Positions 12,630 to 26,356 are shown, numbered from the stretch's first letter. The stretch is 64,000 bases of DNA from Squalus acanthias (GCA_030390025.1 CM059433.1:24492001-24556000); one strand, 5' to 3'. Program-made: numbers and translations. Notes: a model not told the origin generated them from the letters alone.

Positions 12630-14905
12630 ATGCTGCCTCTCAAATGAAGCTTATAGGAAGGCGAAGCACAGTGCAGATTCCGTGGACTGGAAGCGATGTA
12701 AAGAACGGCAAAAGGATATCAAGAAAGTAGTAAGAACTGCAAAAAGGAATATGAGAAAAAGCTTGCGAGGGATATCCAGGACAACACTAAAGGTTTTTAC
12801 AAATATATTAAGCGAAAGAGGGTGGCTAAGAGTAATGTGGGCCCCTTAATGATAGACACAGGTTATATTGTAATTGGAAATCAGGAAATGGCAGACTTAC
12901 GAAATAACTTTTTTGTATCGGTCTTCACAGTAGAGGATGAGGATAACTACCAGAGATATGAGGAAATCAAGGGGAGGAACTAACTGGGTTCAATATCAGT
13001 TTTTTTTTAAAAAATAGTGATGGAAAAACTGATGAGATAAAAGATAGACAAATCTCCAGGACCCAATGGTTTCCATCCCAGGGTATTAAAAGAAGGTGGT
13101 GAGGAAATCCAGATATGTTAGTCATGATCTTCAGGAATTGTCCCCTTAGCTTGGAAAATTGGCAATGTCACTCCATTATTTAAGAAAGGTGGGAGTGATA
13201 AACTAGGAGATTATAAGCTAGTGATAAACCAGGAAATTATTCCCATTACCATCTCCTTTTGCCTTGCACCATCTCTTAATCTCTCAATGTCTCTTATCTC
13301 TCCTGCCTTCCATCCTATCACAGACCCTCCCTTTTGTTCTTTCCTCCTCTCCCCCCTTTCCCTGCCCCGGCACTTGCTTAAAAACCTGTTCCATCTCCAG
13401 CTTTTTCCAGTTCAGACGAAGGGTTATCGACCTGAAACGTTAACTCTGTTTCTCTCTCCACAGATGCTGCCTGACCTGCTGAGTATTTCCAGCATTTTCT
13501 GTTTTTATTTCAGATTTCCAGCATCCGCAGTATTTTGCTTTTGTAAATTATAAGCCTATTAGTCTAATGTCTGATGGAGGAAGTTGCTAGAATCTGTTAT
13601 TAGGGACAGAGTGACTGTGCATTTGGACAAATATAAACTGAGAGCCAGCATGGATTTGTAAAGGGTACGTCATGTCTAAATAACATCGTTGAATTTTTTG
13701 AAGAGATGACTAACGTGGTAGATAAGGGAGTGTCTCTGGATGTTACTTATATGAACTTACAGAAGGCATTCGACAAGGTTTCACCTCCGAGACTGTTAAC
13801 GAAAATGAGAGCACATGGAATTTGAGGCAACCTATTGGCTTGGATAGGGAATTGGTTAGGCGGTAGGCGACAGTAGGGATAATGGGAATGTACTCCAATT
13901 GGCAGGATGTGACTAGTGGTGTCTCCCAGGGATCTATACTGGGACCTCAATCTTTCACTATATTTAGAAATGGCTCCGATGAAGGAAGAGAGAGCCATAT
14001 ATGTAAGTTTGCTGACGACACTAAGTTAGGTGGCACAGGAAATAGTGTAGATGGGAGTAGAAAGTTGCAAAGGGAAATTGATAGATTAAGTGAGTGGGCA
14101 AAACATGGCAGATGGAGTTCATTGTGGGGAAAGTGTGAGGTCATCCATTTTTGACCGAAGAAAGATAGATCCGAGTATTTTTCTGAATGGTGAGAAGCTA
14201 GGAACTGAATAAACTGAGAGATTTAGGGGTCCAAGTACAGAAATCACTAAAAGCTAGTGGACAAGTACAAAAAATAATTAAAAAGGCTAATGGAATGTTG
14301 GCCTTTATCTCGAGAGCTGGATTACAAAGGACAGGAAGTGATGTTACAGGTGCGCAGAGCTCTAGTTCGACCCCATCTGGAGTATTGCGTTCAATTCTGG
14401 GTGCCGCTCCTTCAGGATATATTGGCCTTGGAGGGGTGCAGCGCAGATGCACCAGAATGATACGAGGCACATTGCATAAATTAGGTTTGTATTCCCTTGA
14501 GTATAGAAGATTAAGGGGTGAATGAATTGAGGTGTTTAAGATGATCAAAGGAGTTGACGGTAGATAGGGAGAAACTATTTCCTCTAGTGGGAGAGGCCAG
14601 AATAAGGGGGCATAACCTTGAATTTAGAACTAGGCTGTTATGGGGTGATGTCAGAAAGCACTTCTTCACACAAAGGGTAGTGGAAATCTGGTGCTCTCTT
14701 TCCCTCCACCCACCAAAAATTGTTGAGGCTAGGTCAATTGAAAATTTCAAAACTGAGATTGTTAGATTTTTGTTAGGCAAGGGTATTAAGGGTTACGGAA
14801 CCAAGGTGGGTAGATAGAGTTAAGATACAGATCAGCCATGATCTAATTGAATGGCGGAACATGCTTGAGGGGCTGAATGGCTTATGACTGTTGGTATGTT
14901 CCCAA
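12630..14905 (+). mobile_element. CR1 (HER1-like) LINE, degraded, interrupted by a Penelope terminal repeat
   Basis: Broken ORF2 pieces (DKSPGP, GVSQGSILGP, KFADDTKLGG, FFTQRVV); 3' tail gatcagccatgatct..gaatggc. Confidence 0.9.
13219..13546 (+). mobile_element. Penelope-like terminal repeat (solo) inserted in CR1
   Basis: Reverse-complement match to 44873-45200; flanked by 9-bp direct repeat ATTATAAGC (13210-13218, 13547-13555). Confidence 0.85.
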
Positions 14906-15754
14906 GCCGTTTTTTTGTGTGAAATGCAGTAGACGTAGAACGACAGAAGGAGGCTATTTGCTCTATTGTATTAGTGCTGGCTCTTTGTTCGAAAAATCAT
15001 ACATAAATACCACTGTGTCTTCATAGCTTTTCCTCTGTTTAAAAGATGTAATGGTCTCTGCCTCAACTACTCTGTGGCAAAGAATTCTATGCTCTAAAAC
15101 TCTTAATAAATTCTAACCTTTCTCTTCACTTTCTTAGTGACAATTTTAAATTGATAACTCCTCGTCACTGATCCCCCCCCCCAAACAGAGGGAATAGGGA
15201 AAGACTATCCAAACCCTTCATATATTAAAACCTCTCTTGGGTGTCCTCTTGGCCTTCTCTGCTCCAGTGGGAATGTATTCGCTTTGGATGTGGGCATGCC
15301 CAAAAAATTTAAGGTTGCATTTTAGTGTGGGATATGCTTTCATTTTGGTATCTTTATAAAGATGGGTAAATCCTGATTAAAGGCCTTAGTTAATGGCTGA
15401 AGAAACTGAAATATGCCCCATCTACTCATAAGTGTGGGTTTTGCTGACTCCTGACTCCTGCTCCTATCTTCTATGTTTCTATTGGGGAGAAAGCAGGGAC
15501 AGGGTACTGAATTTGGATGATCAGCCATGATCTCATTAAATGGTGGAACAGGCTCGAGGGGCCGAATGGCCGACTCCTGCTCCTATCTTCTATGTTCTAT
15601 GTTCTAAATACTCCATCTGCAACTAGAATTGCTAGTACTATGATGCTTGAATATGCTTAACTTTGTGTATGCTTTGCCTGTTCTTGGCTGGACGACTAGG
15701 TGTTAAACAGAAGCTCTATTTGTATTGTGCTGGAGAGTAGCAGAAAGCGACTAG

Positions 15755-16970
15755 TTTTTTTTTTATTTGTTCATGGGATGTGGGCGTCGCTGGCAAGGCC
15801 AGCATTTATTGCCCATCCCTAGTTGCCCTTGAGAAGGTGGTGGTGAGCCGCCGCCTTGAACCTGCTGCAGTCCGTGTGGTGAAGGTACTCCCACAGTGCT
15901 GTTACGGAGTGGGTTCCAGGACTTTGACCCAGTGACGATGAAGGAACGGCGATATACTTCCAAGTCAGAATGGTGTGTGACTTGGAGAGGAACTTGGAGA
16001 TGGTGGTGTTCTCATGCGCCTGCTGCCCTTGACCTTCTAGGTGGTAGAGGTCGCAGGTTTGGGAGGTGCTGCCGAAGAAGCCTTGGCGAGTTGCTGCAGT
16101 GCATCTTGTAGATGGTACGCACTGCAGCCACGGTACCGACAGTGGTGCTACCGAGCCACTCTTGGTGATGGACATTGAAGTCCCTCACCCAGATTACATT
16201 CTATGCACTTGCTACTCTCGGTGCTTCTTCCAAGTGGTGTTCAGCATGGAGGAGTATAGATTCATCAGCTGAGGGAGGGCGATAGGTGGTAATCAGCAGG
16301 AGTTTTCCTTGCCCATGCTTGACCTGAAGCCATGAGACTTCATGGGGTCCGGAGTCAATGTTGAGGACTCCCAGGGCCACTCCTTCCCGACTGTATACCA
16401 CTGTGCCGCCACACATCAGGGATGGTGATGAGGAGTTTGGGACATTGGCTGAAAGGTATGATTCTGTGAGTATGACTATGTTGGGCTGTTGCTTGACTAG
16501 TCTGTGGGACAGCTCTCCCAATTGTCCCCAGATGTTGGTGAGGATTTTGCAGGGTCGACTGGGCTGGGTGTGCCATTGTCGTGTCCGTAGCCGGTGCCGA
16601 GGTCGATGTCGGGTGGTCCATCCAGTTTTATTCTTATTGTTTTTCGTAGCGGTTTTTTACAACTGAGTGACTTGCTAGGCCATTTCAGAGGGCAGTTAAG
16701 AGTCAACCACATTGCTGTGGGTCTGAGTCACATATAGGCCAGACGGCAGATTTCTTTCCCTGAAGGACATTAGTGAACCAGATGGGTTTTTACGACAATC
16801 TGATAGTTTCATGGTCACCATTACTGAGTGCTTTTTATTCCAGATTTATTGAATTAACTGAATTTAAATTCCCCAGCTGCCGTGGTGGGATTTGAACTCA
16901 CGTCTCCGGATCATTAGTCCAGGCCTCTGGATTGCTAGTCCAGTAACATAACCACTATGTTACCGTTCCC
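15755..16970 (-). mobile_element. Internally deleted APE-type non-LTR retroelement with tRNA-like 5' head
   Basis: Minus strand: tRNA-like head (16970-16880), APE endonuclease remnant (PNIVILTESYL, TYRPPS, DFNVHH), junction near 16140 into the ORF2 C-terminus, 3' end gggcaataaatgctggccttgccagcgacgcccacatccc + poly(A). Confidence 0.8.
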
Positions 16971-17172
16971 ACCATGTTGAGGAAAGAAGAGAAACCTAAT
17001 CTAGCAGGACTAGTGCTGTCCAGTGATAATGCACCAATTATCTGCCTATCGTGGTATGTCTCTTACAGCAGTTGTGTATGAAGCAGATTGTTCTCTCTAT
17101 TTTTTTCCTGCTGAAGTTGAAATGGTGTGAGGCAGCAATAAGGGAGATGCATAAAGAAAAAGTAATACTGTA

Positions 17173-18235
17173 CACTAGAAACATAGAACATAGAAAATAG
17201 GAGCAGGAGAAGGCCATTTGGCCCTTCGAGCCTGCTCCGCAGTTCAGTAATGATCATGGCTGATCCTCTATTTCAATACCATATTCCCACTCTCTCCCCA
17301 TACCCCTTGATGCCTTTTGTGTCTAGAAATCTATCTATCTCCTTCTTAAATATATTCAGTGACTTGGCCTCCACAACCTTCTGTGGTAGAGAATTCCACA
17401 GGTTCACCACCCTCTGAGTGAAGAAATTTCTCCTCATCACAGTCCTAAAATGTCTTACCCTGTATCCTGAGACTGTGACCCCTCGTTCTAGACCCCCCCC
17501 CACCCCACCCAGCCAGGGGAAACATCCAGTTTGTCTAGCCCTGTCAGAATTTTATACTTTTCAATGAGATCCCCTCTCCTTCTTCAAAACTCTAGTGAAT
17601 ACAGGCCTAGTTGACCCAATCTCTCCTCATACGACAGTCCTGCCATCCTAGGAATCAGTCTGGTGAGCCTCCGCTGCACTCCCTCTATGGTAAGTATATC
17701 CTTTCTTAGGTAAGGAGACCAAAACTGCACACACTACTCCAGGTGTGGTCTCTCCAAGGCCCTGTATAACTGTAGTAAGACATCCTTGCTCCTGTACTCA
17801 AATCCTCTTGCAATGAAGGCCAACATACGATTTGCCTTCCTAACTGCTTGCTGCACCTGCATGTTTGCTTTCAGTGACTGGTGTACAAGGACACCCAGGT
17901 CCCTTTGTATATCAACATTTCCCAATCTATCACCATTTAAATAATACTCTGCCTTTCTGTTTTTCCTACCGAAGTGGATAACTTCACATTTATCCACGTT
18001 ATACTGCATCTGCCATGTATTTGCCCACTCACTCAACTTGTCTAAATCACCTTGAAGCCTCTTTGCATCCAACTCAACTCACAATCCCACCTAGTTTCGT
18101 GTCGTTCGCAAACTTGGAAATATTACATTTGGTTCCCTCATCCAAATCATTGATCTATATTGTGAATAGTTGGGGCCCAAGCACTGATCCCTGCGGTAGC
18201 CTGCTAGTCACTGCCTGTCACCCCGAAAAAGACTA
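17173..18235 (-). mobile_element. CR1 LINE 3' part
   Basis: Reverse-complement match to 46800-47865 (WQMQYNVDKCEVIHFG, RPHLE, FFTQRVVNLWNSLP); tail (ttctatgt)n. Confidence 0.92.
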
Positions 18236-18387
18236 ATTTCTATATGCATGTTGGGTAACCAATCGTATGAATCTGACCCATTATGTATGGTATTTCTTGG
18301 TGTAAACTTGTTTATTTTTATATGTAAAGATTTTTTTTAAACTACAAATGGTGGAAATTTGAAATAAAAATAAATAATGCTTGAAAT

Positions 18388-19680
18388 TAGAATCATATAA
18401 TGGTTACAGCATGGAAGAAGGCCATTTGGCCTGTCGATCCCGTGCTGGCTCTCTGCAAGAGCCCTTCAGCTGGACCCACTCCCCTGCACTTTCCCCGTAG
18501 CCCTGCAAATTTTTTTCCTTCAGGTACTTATCCAACTCCCTTTTGAAAGCTGTGATTGAGTCTGCCTCCACCACCCTTTCAGGCAGTGCATTCCAGATCC
18601 TAACCGCTCGCTGAGTTTTAAAAAAAAAAAAAGGTTTTCCTCATTTCGCCTTTGGTTCTTCTGCCAACACCTTAAATTTGTGTCCTCTGGTTCTTGACTC
18701 TTCCGCCAATGGGAACAGTTTCTCTCTATCTACTCTGTCCGGACCCCTCATGATATTGAATACCTCTATCAAATCTTCTCTGCTCTAAGAACAACAACCC
18801 CAGCTTCTCCAGTCTATCCACGAAACTGAAATCCCTCATCCCTGGAATCATTCTCGTAAATCTTTTCTGCAGCCTCTCTAAGGCCTTCACATCCTTCCTA
18901 AAGTGCGGTGCCCAGAATGGGACACAATACTCCAGTTGAGGCCAAACCAGTGTTTTATACAGGTTCAGCACAATTTCCACGCTTTTGTACTCTACACCTC
19001 TGTTCATGAAGCCCAGGATCCTGTAATACTTTTTAATTGCTTTCTCAACCTGCCCTGCCACCTTCAACGATTTGTGCACATATACCCCTAGGTATTTGTT
19101 CATGCACCCCCTTTAGGATTGTACCTTTAGTTTATATTTCCTCTCTTCATTCTTTCTCCCAAAATGTATCATTTTGCACTTTTCTGCGTTAAATTTCATC
19201 TGCCACGTGTCTGCCCATTTCACCAGCCTGTCTATGGCTTCTTCAAGTCTATCACTATCCTCCTCACTGTTCACTATACCTCCAAGTTTAGTGTCATCTG
19301 CAAATTTTGAAATTGTACCCTGTACACCCATGTCCAAGTCATTAATATATATATCAAGAAAAGCAGTGGTCCTAGAATCGACCCCTGAGGAACACCACTG
19401 TATACCCTCCTCCAGTCCGAAAACCAACCGTTCATCACTATTCTCTCTTTCCTGTCACTTAGCCAATTTCGTATCCATGCTGCCGCTGTCACTTTTATTT
19501 CATGGGCTTCAACTTTGCTGGCAAGCCTATTATGTGGCACGGGCTCGACGGGCGAATGGCCTTCTTCCGTGCTGGAACCATTCTATGTGGCAGTTTGTCG
19601 AATGCCTTTTGGAAATCCATGTACACCACATCAACCGCATTGCCCTCATCAACCCTCTCTGTTACCTCATCAAAAAACTC
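18388..19680 (-). mobile_element. CR1 LINE 3' part, second subfamily
   Basis: GVPQGSILGP, KFADDTKLGG, PQLEYCVPFWAP motifs. Contains a ~50-bp opposite-strand CR1 tail insertion flanked by TATGTGGCA repeats (~19531-19592). Confidence 0.9.
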
Positions 19681-21979
19681 GGATCAAGATCACAGCAGAT
19701 CCTTCAGTATCTGTAAAGAGTAAAGTTGAACCCCTGTACCTATTCTGCAACCAGGCTTAAATTGAGTTTAGAAATAACAGCACTGAAGAACGCATTTTCA
19801 AATCATGCTAGATTTACCTCTCAAACTCTCAAGACTTGCATTTATATAGCACCTTTCACAACCTCAGGATGTCCCACAGTGCTTTACAGCCAATGAAGTA
19901 CTTTTGAAGTGTAGTCACTGTTGTAATGTATGAAAATTGTCTTAACTATAACTAAAAGTCTCTCAGCTTTACTTTTTTCTTGTCCTCCTGTTCTGGTTTA
20001 GTAACTCACAGCTACAAAATCTTGGGAGCTGAGCATAGCTTCTGCCAAAAAAGCTGTTGTAAGTTGTACACATGCCATGTGGAGTAGATAGAATTTGACA
20101 TTGATGAGCCACACTTATGATGCAGAGCAATATTCTGTTTACTTTATCAGTTGGATGGAGCCCGAATGCAAGTGGTGTACATCTTGTGTTCTACACATAC
20201 CAGTGTTTGCATCCAGAAATACTATATCCTGATTTATAAATGCTACTCAATTTGACAAAATTTAAAGGTGCCAAGTATTTTCATCTGCCCTTTGTTAACG
20301 ATATTGCACAAATCACAGGACTGAATTTATAATTTTTAAAAATTTATTTTAAGAATACATAAAATAAGTGAGCTCCAAGGGATCACTGTCTTCTACTAAA
20401 CATTTAAGTTGGGAATAAAATATTTTCTCTGAAAATTATGTCTCTTGATCCAATCTGCCTAATTTATGGTTACAATTTTAACAAAACCCCTAAGTGGTAC
20501 ATCTGTTGGTTTACAATTTATTTAGAGAACATAAAAAGATATGAAAGTGTCACCAAGTATTACATTAATCGTGGTTGTGTTAAGAGTTGAAGTTTGCTAG
20601 CCAGTAGCTTCCAGGCTTGTTTCTATTTTCACTCGTCTTTACAAATAATTTTTACTTTCTTTTCTCCTCTTTCCTCTTCCTCCCTGTATTTGTCCCGATT
20701 GTGCTATTAACTATTCCCCAGCCATGAGGCCAAGCACATGAGCCTGTGTTGGTGCTGCTAAGTTGGCTACCAGGAGGTGTGTGAAAGTGACAGATTTTCA
20801 CCACCACCTTTTTGGTGAATTGCTTTGCATCTACTATTAAGAATGTGTGTGTGGGGGGGGATGGTGGGTACAAATCTGTTTCCTTCCATTCTGTACTGCA
20901 GCAATACAGTGTGCCACCATCTAACTGAATTTTAAATATTCCACTGTCATGATTTTCTCACACAGGCATGTTATGCAAGTACCTGCTCCTAACATCTTAG
21001 CAGAAGAATATATTTACCCAATCCAAAGATTTGCAAACATAAACTTCTAACAAGATAGGCCCTTTGCCAGTAAACTTTTGACTGTTATTAGAATGAAAAT
21101 GTACATAATGAGGAAGCAAAGCAGGAGTGAGAATATTGAAAGCATAGCTGTAAAATTCTCTGGCAATCTTTCCTTCATAATATGCCCACCACTATCTTCT
21201 GCCAAGTCCAGCTGATGCATTTTGCATGCATAAGAAACGGCATTAGAATTTTTCAGGAGGCAGACTCCAGAGTGACCGCTGCAGATGCTTCAGTACAGTA
21301 CATGTAGAACAATTCTTAGTAAGTGGAATGTATCCTGATTTATCTTGCGTCCTTGATGCATTGTTGCTGTGAACGTAACTAATAGCTTTGAGTTTACACA
21401 GATTTCAGCAGCATATGTTGTGAACTTGCTTTTGCTGGTGATTAGAATTAAGGCCAGCCCCAGCGAGGTCAAGCTATTTTTTGCTGCCTGTGTAACTGCT
21501 GTCATTTTAAAGTTGCTCATTTATAGTACATGGTAAATGGAGTAGGCCAATCTAGCATTCCCATAGATAGGCACTGAGCTCATTGCAGACTCAGCCATTC
21601 CATGCTTCCGAGAGAACAGGGGGTCATTTGCCATACATGGTACTTAGCCAACTAAATTATTGAATCTTAAAATTTAATTTTATTAAATGTTGCTATTCTA
21701 GTTAAAGAAATGTTTAAAGATTGTATTCTTTTAAAAGTTACAGAAACCATGCTTTTGTGTTGCACTTTAGACATTTTGAAGAATTTTGTAAAAGCATTTA
21801 AGAGTAAATAACCTGATGTAGAATGTTTTTCCTCTTTGTAACTGTAAAGTTTCACATACAGTATTTCCAATTATTAACAAAATACTGGTTGAGTTTCCGT
21901 GAAATGGAATGCATTTATATCTGTCATAAAACACCCTTTGAACTTTTTCTAAAGACACCTATTTTTGGATCCCTTCTAG

Positions 21980-22036
21980 GTTCTGAAATTGTTGAAGCGA
22001 TTGCAAGATTTAAATATTACAGTGGATATTCTGGTG
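21980..22036 (+). CDS. eloal: Elongin A-like exon 2 (VLKLLKRLQDLNITVDILV)
   Basis: ttctag| acceptor, 57 nt, donor GTG|GTAAGA. Matches the Elongin A TFIIS-N motif LK.L..L.ITVDIL. Confidence 0.92.
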
Positions 22037-24037
22037 GTAAGATACAACATCTGTATAAAACATTTTGTCAACTAAACACAGATTTGCACTGTTTGATTCA
22101 GCAAATCTCGATGTAGGTCTGATTGAGATGTGTCTGTGAAATTAGCTATTTTGGGTAAATGTGCGAAAACAATGAGATTTCTCATGTCTAAACTCGGCTG
22201 GGGTCGAAGTAAGTGCCTGACACTTCTTTAGAAATACTTTTGAGTTGTTTGTGCAGAGCCCTTGGTAAATTATAGGCTCCACCAGCTTACAGGAGCAAGA
22301 AAATTATTATATAATGCAAAGTGACGACTACCCTTCCAAATCGGTCCTATTTCTAAAGATGCCGCAAGTGAGAGTGGATGTTGCTGGTTAAACTTTTGCT
22401 GAAAAAAATCACCCTGCAGGATATTTGCAATGACAGGTCAACTGAATTAGAGAAGAATGTGCATTAAAGCGGCCATGGCCATTTCACAAATCTTTTGGAA
22501 TTATCATTGGGTACTAACTTGACAAAACAACTTTCTTGGCAAAATTGTTGAGCCAAACATCCAAGATGTCCATTTACACAGTATGAAAGAAACTATGGTA
22601 GACTAGTCGTAAACAACTTAAAACTAAGCGGTCCTTCTGAATTTTGTGGCTTATGAAAAATGACACACACGTTTTGAAGTAGTAGTAGTATCCTTTTTCT
22701 GCCTGTCCTAGCAGGCATATTGGAAAAATTGTTATAGTCGCTTTGTGTCTCATGAGTGTCTGTAACAACATACCTTTTAAGTATGGTAAAAGTATTGTAT
22801 GCCATAGAGCAAAAAAAAATTGGCTCAAATATCAAGTTAACTATGCTCATTGACTAAATGCAAAGCAACCAAAAAGCAGTTCCATTCACTTAAGATTCAC
22901 TAAGAATTCAAAGTCAGCAATCTGGTACCAGCTACGAGACACTTTTTTTTACACTTGACTGCCATTTTCTTACTTCACTTAGGTCAGTGTATAATATTGT
23001 TGTTATAAATTACAACTTACTCACACAACTGGTCATTTAATGTTAAAAATGCCTGCTAGAAATTTCCCTTCATAGACCTACCTTTTTGCTGGAGCTCGAG
23101 TTGGAAATTTTATCTGGGCCTTGGGTGCCATGCCTTGTGAGATGTAATTAATGAAGTTATTCACAGCTGGGAAGCCCTGGTTGTGCAGAGGGTTCTGGGT
23201 AGCATTCTTAAAATTCTGGTGATATTTTTGCAATGGTTGAGTCATTGGGAATGGATCTGACTGGAGGTAAGTTGCGTAGCAGGTGTGAATTTGAGTTCTA
23301 TCTTTAGCCCATACCAGCTGCTTACCTATATCATCAACTAAGTTGTGTTGCGTTTTGTTGTTGGTGTCTGTGTCATCTATACTGCAAAGATTAGATTATA
23401 CACTTTTGGTATTGTGTTCTCTGGTTTGGTATAGAGTGAGTTGTCATCGTTGTGTTCTTCTATGAGATCTAGCATTCAAATATTCTACAAGTAGCAGCCC
23501 GGATGGCCTATTGGATAAAAGCATTGTCCACCCAGCACATTATTAAACTCACCTCAGATTGGTTGCAGATTTGTTTTAAGTCCATGCTGTGTTAGCTGGT
23601 CTCGCCTAGGCAGCTGTTAGGACACTACCATTGTCCTCGGCACCCCTGAGATATGGAGTGGAAAAGCATCAGTCAGGGTCCCTGCTGCTGGTCACTATCT
23701 AGTGACCTTTCCTGGAATAGTAAGTGTGTGGACATTGGATAAGAACAGGATCAGACTGAGTTGTGACATGCACTACTGATGAATGGTCAGTTGGCAGCAC
23801 CAGTGGAAATGTACCTCAACAAGAGTTGCTGCATCCAGGAGAGGCGGGGAGAAAATATGGAGGGAAAAAAACTTCTTGCGAGTGATAGCTTTGCGTACTT
23901 TGCAACTTTCTTTGTAGCCGAATGAGCACCATTATACTTCTATTGTGAATAGTTTAGTGTGGACATTGTGAATCATGGACTGTAGTCTCTTTGTTACTTG
24001 CAGACATCAATAGAGTTCCCAGGTCATAGGGACAGAT

Positions 24038-24785
24038 GGGCCTGGATTTTCTGTGGCCTATGACCGCGTACACGGTGCGTACGTGGCCATAAGTGCCTCG
24101 CAAGTTCCGGGTTTATGCATGGGCTGCACATGCGTGAAAACCCAGAACTTGCGATCTGTCAAGAATCTTCTTGACCGATCCTCCGCATGCGCAGGAAATG
24201 GACATCTGCTGGTGGAGAGTTGAGCTATTTGCCCAGCGAATGCCCATGACACTCTTATGCCTGGTAAAAGCAGGCATAAGGCTTTCTTTGACCAGCGTAA
24301 GGGTGAAAATATTTTTTTTAAATGTTTTTAACATTCAAGAACCTGTAAAATAAGTTTGCTATTTTTGGCCTCTTAAAAATAAAAAATAAAATTTATTTTT
24401 CAAAAAATTACATTTTTGTTTTAATTATTTAATGAAATTGTATTTTTTAATTAATTTTAAACATGTAATTTCTTTTTATTTCAAGGTTGTGTATGTGTGT
24501 TTTTTGGGTGATTCCTATTTAGCTTATGGGGATTTCGTACGTAAATGGAATCCCCATAAACATAATGGGGAATCCTCGTTCTCACTGGTTGGGCCGGCCC
24601 ACGTGATCCCAGGGGCACTTGCAAACCACATGCACCCCGGGATACATGGGCCTCTAAGCAGGCCTACGCATAGAGGCCCAGGAGCGCGAGTCTCTATGGA
24701 TCCAGGAGCATCAGGTAGGTGTGTAGATTTATTGCGGTTCGGAGGCATCCGCCCGTGGGAAGCCTCCGACCGCAAATTCAGGCCC
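24038..24785. mobile_element. MITE-like element with GGGCCTG(G/A)ATTT terminal inverted repeats (PIF/Harbinger-like)
   Basis: Left gggcctggatttt, right aaattcaggccc; CpG-rich ends, AT-rich centre, no credible ORF. Confidence 0.7.
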
Positions 24786-24793
24786 ATGAGTTT

Positions 24794-24980
24794 GTCGTCG
24801 TCTTCTTAGGCAGTCCCTCGGATCCGAGGATGACTTGCTTCCACATTAAAAATGAGTTCAGGTGACTGACTAGTCCAATGCAGGACCTACAGACTCTGTC
24901 ACAGGAGGGGCAGACGGTGGTTGAAGGGGCGGGTGGGTGGGGTGCTTGGGTTGACGTGCGCTGCTTGCGCTTGGCTTGAA
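24794..24980 (-). mobile_element. Short 3' end of a probable RTE-like LINE
   Basis: Minus strand ends ..gtcatcctcggatccgagggactgcctaagaa(gac)n: GC-rich segment, stem-loop and triplet tail. Clade assignment is tentative. Confidence 0.45.
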
Positions 24981-26356
24981 CTTGTAGACAAAAAAAGACT
25001 GCGGTCCATCTAGTTCGCCTTCCAGCATCCTGCTAGTCGCGTGATACAATGATAAAGGAGTTGTTGACTAATAGCAATCAATCTCTATCGATTAGTCTAC
25101 AACAGACCCAGACATGAGGTGAGGAAAACCCCAGTGGTGGAGAGCTTTGGGAACCAGAGGTCTAAAGTCACCTGATCCTCCCAAGCATGCTACACTTGCC
25201 TCAAATTACTTACCACCTGTATTCCAAAATATTACTTTCTGGAGAAATCTATCCAATTTGCATTGGATTGAATTAATACTACCTGATTTCACCATGTCCC
25301 TAGGGAGCATGTTCTGTTTCAGTCTTTCACCGTGTTTTTCTCTTGAGTCCTTGATGATTTCTCTGTGTCCATCAGCACAAACCAACAAGAAAATATGGCT
25401 ATATTTAGAATAGTAAACAAATTCAAGTGTGTCATATTTAAAATTATGTGCACAGAAAATGTGTCCGAATACAAAAAAACTTTCATGGTTTAACAATGGA
25501 GCGAAATGCCTACAGATTAGAATAGAATGGCATTTTCAAATCTGTTTTGCAATTTTAACCTTGTGCATGAAAAATAATTGACATCTTGTATAATGGACAG
25601 AGTTTTGTTTTTAGCTTGAGAGATTATGGAATACACTTGAATCTATTTGCTGTAACTGTTGCATGCAAGTTTTAGTCAGTGCCTCTCTTCTTTGCCAGTA
25701 ATTTATTGTTTTCCCTCTTGTAGTTCAGGTTCTCACCCTGTTGCCTATTCAAGAGCTCCATTGTAATTGGCTCTTGGGCAAACCCCTTTCTCCCAAAAAA
25801 ATCAAATAAAATTCTTCCTCCTTCATTCAACTTTATCTTCCTATGGAGAAAAGGTACCTTAAAGCACCACCATGTTAAGAACTCTGTACTATTTCTTTCC
25901 GCATTTGAGCAAGCAGTCACCTTCACTGAGTTTGTTTGTTGACCTTGTTCGCAGCTGTGTACTTGGTTCGTTCACCCTTTGTCAAAAACACTGTTGCCTG
26001 TCATTTATTCATGCAGGAGAAAAATGTTTATCTACATTTTCTGAGGCCATGGTCTCGGATATTACATGTGATGTTTATGCTCCTAATATCTGGTTGGTCA
26101 GGCATACTTGGGTGGATATGCTCTGGTTGATACTGGCATCTGTTTCGAGATCTGTGTTGAATGTCATGGCTAAAGTGCCCAATAAAATGTACTTTGTTAA
26201 CATTCAGTGATTTCTATAAGTGTTAAGCCTGCTCTAAACTTGGGAAAAGCACTCAAGACCACCTTATTTGCTGTGAGATAATCCCCTGGAAAAAGAGCAT
26301 CTAACCCTAATTCCTAAAATGCAGATATACCTTTCTGTTCCTCTTTTATGCTTTTA

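Noticed and set aside
15440..15605. Short direct repeat (gactcctgctcctatcttctatgt) as a spaced-repeat array
   Set aside because: Only two units, and both are CR1 3' tails, one inserted next to the other.
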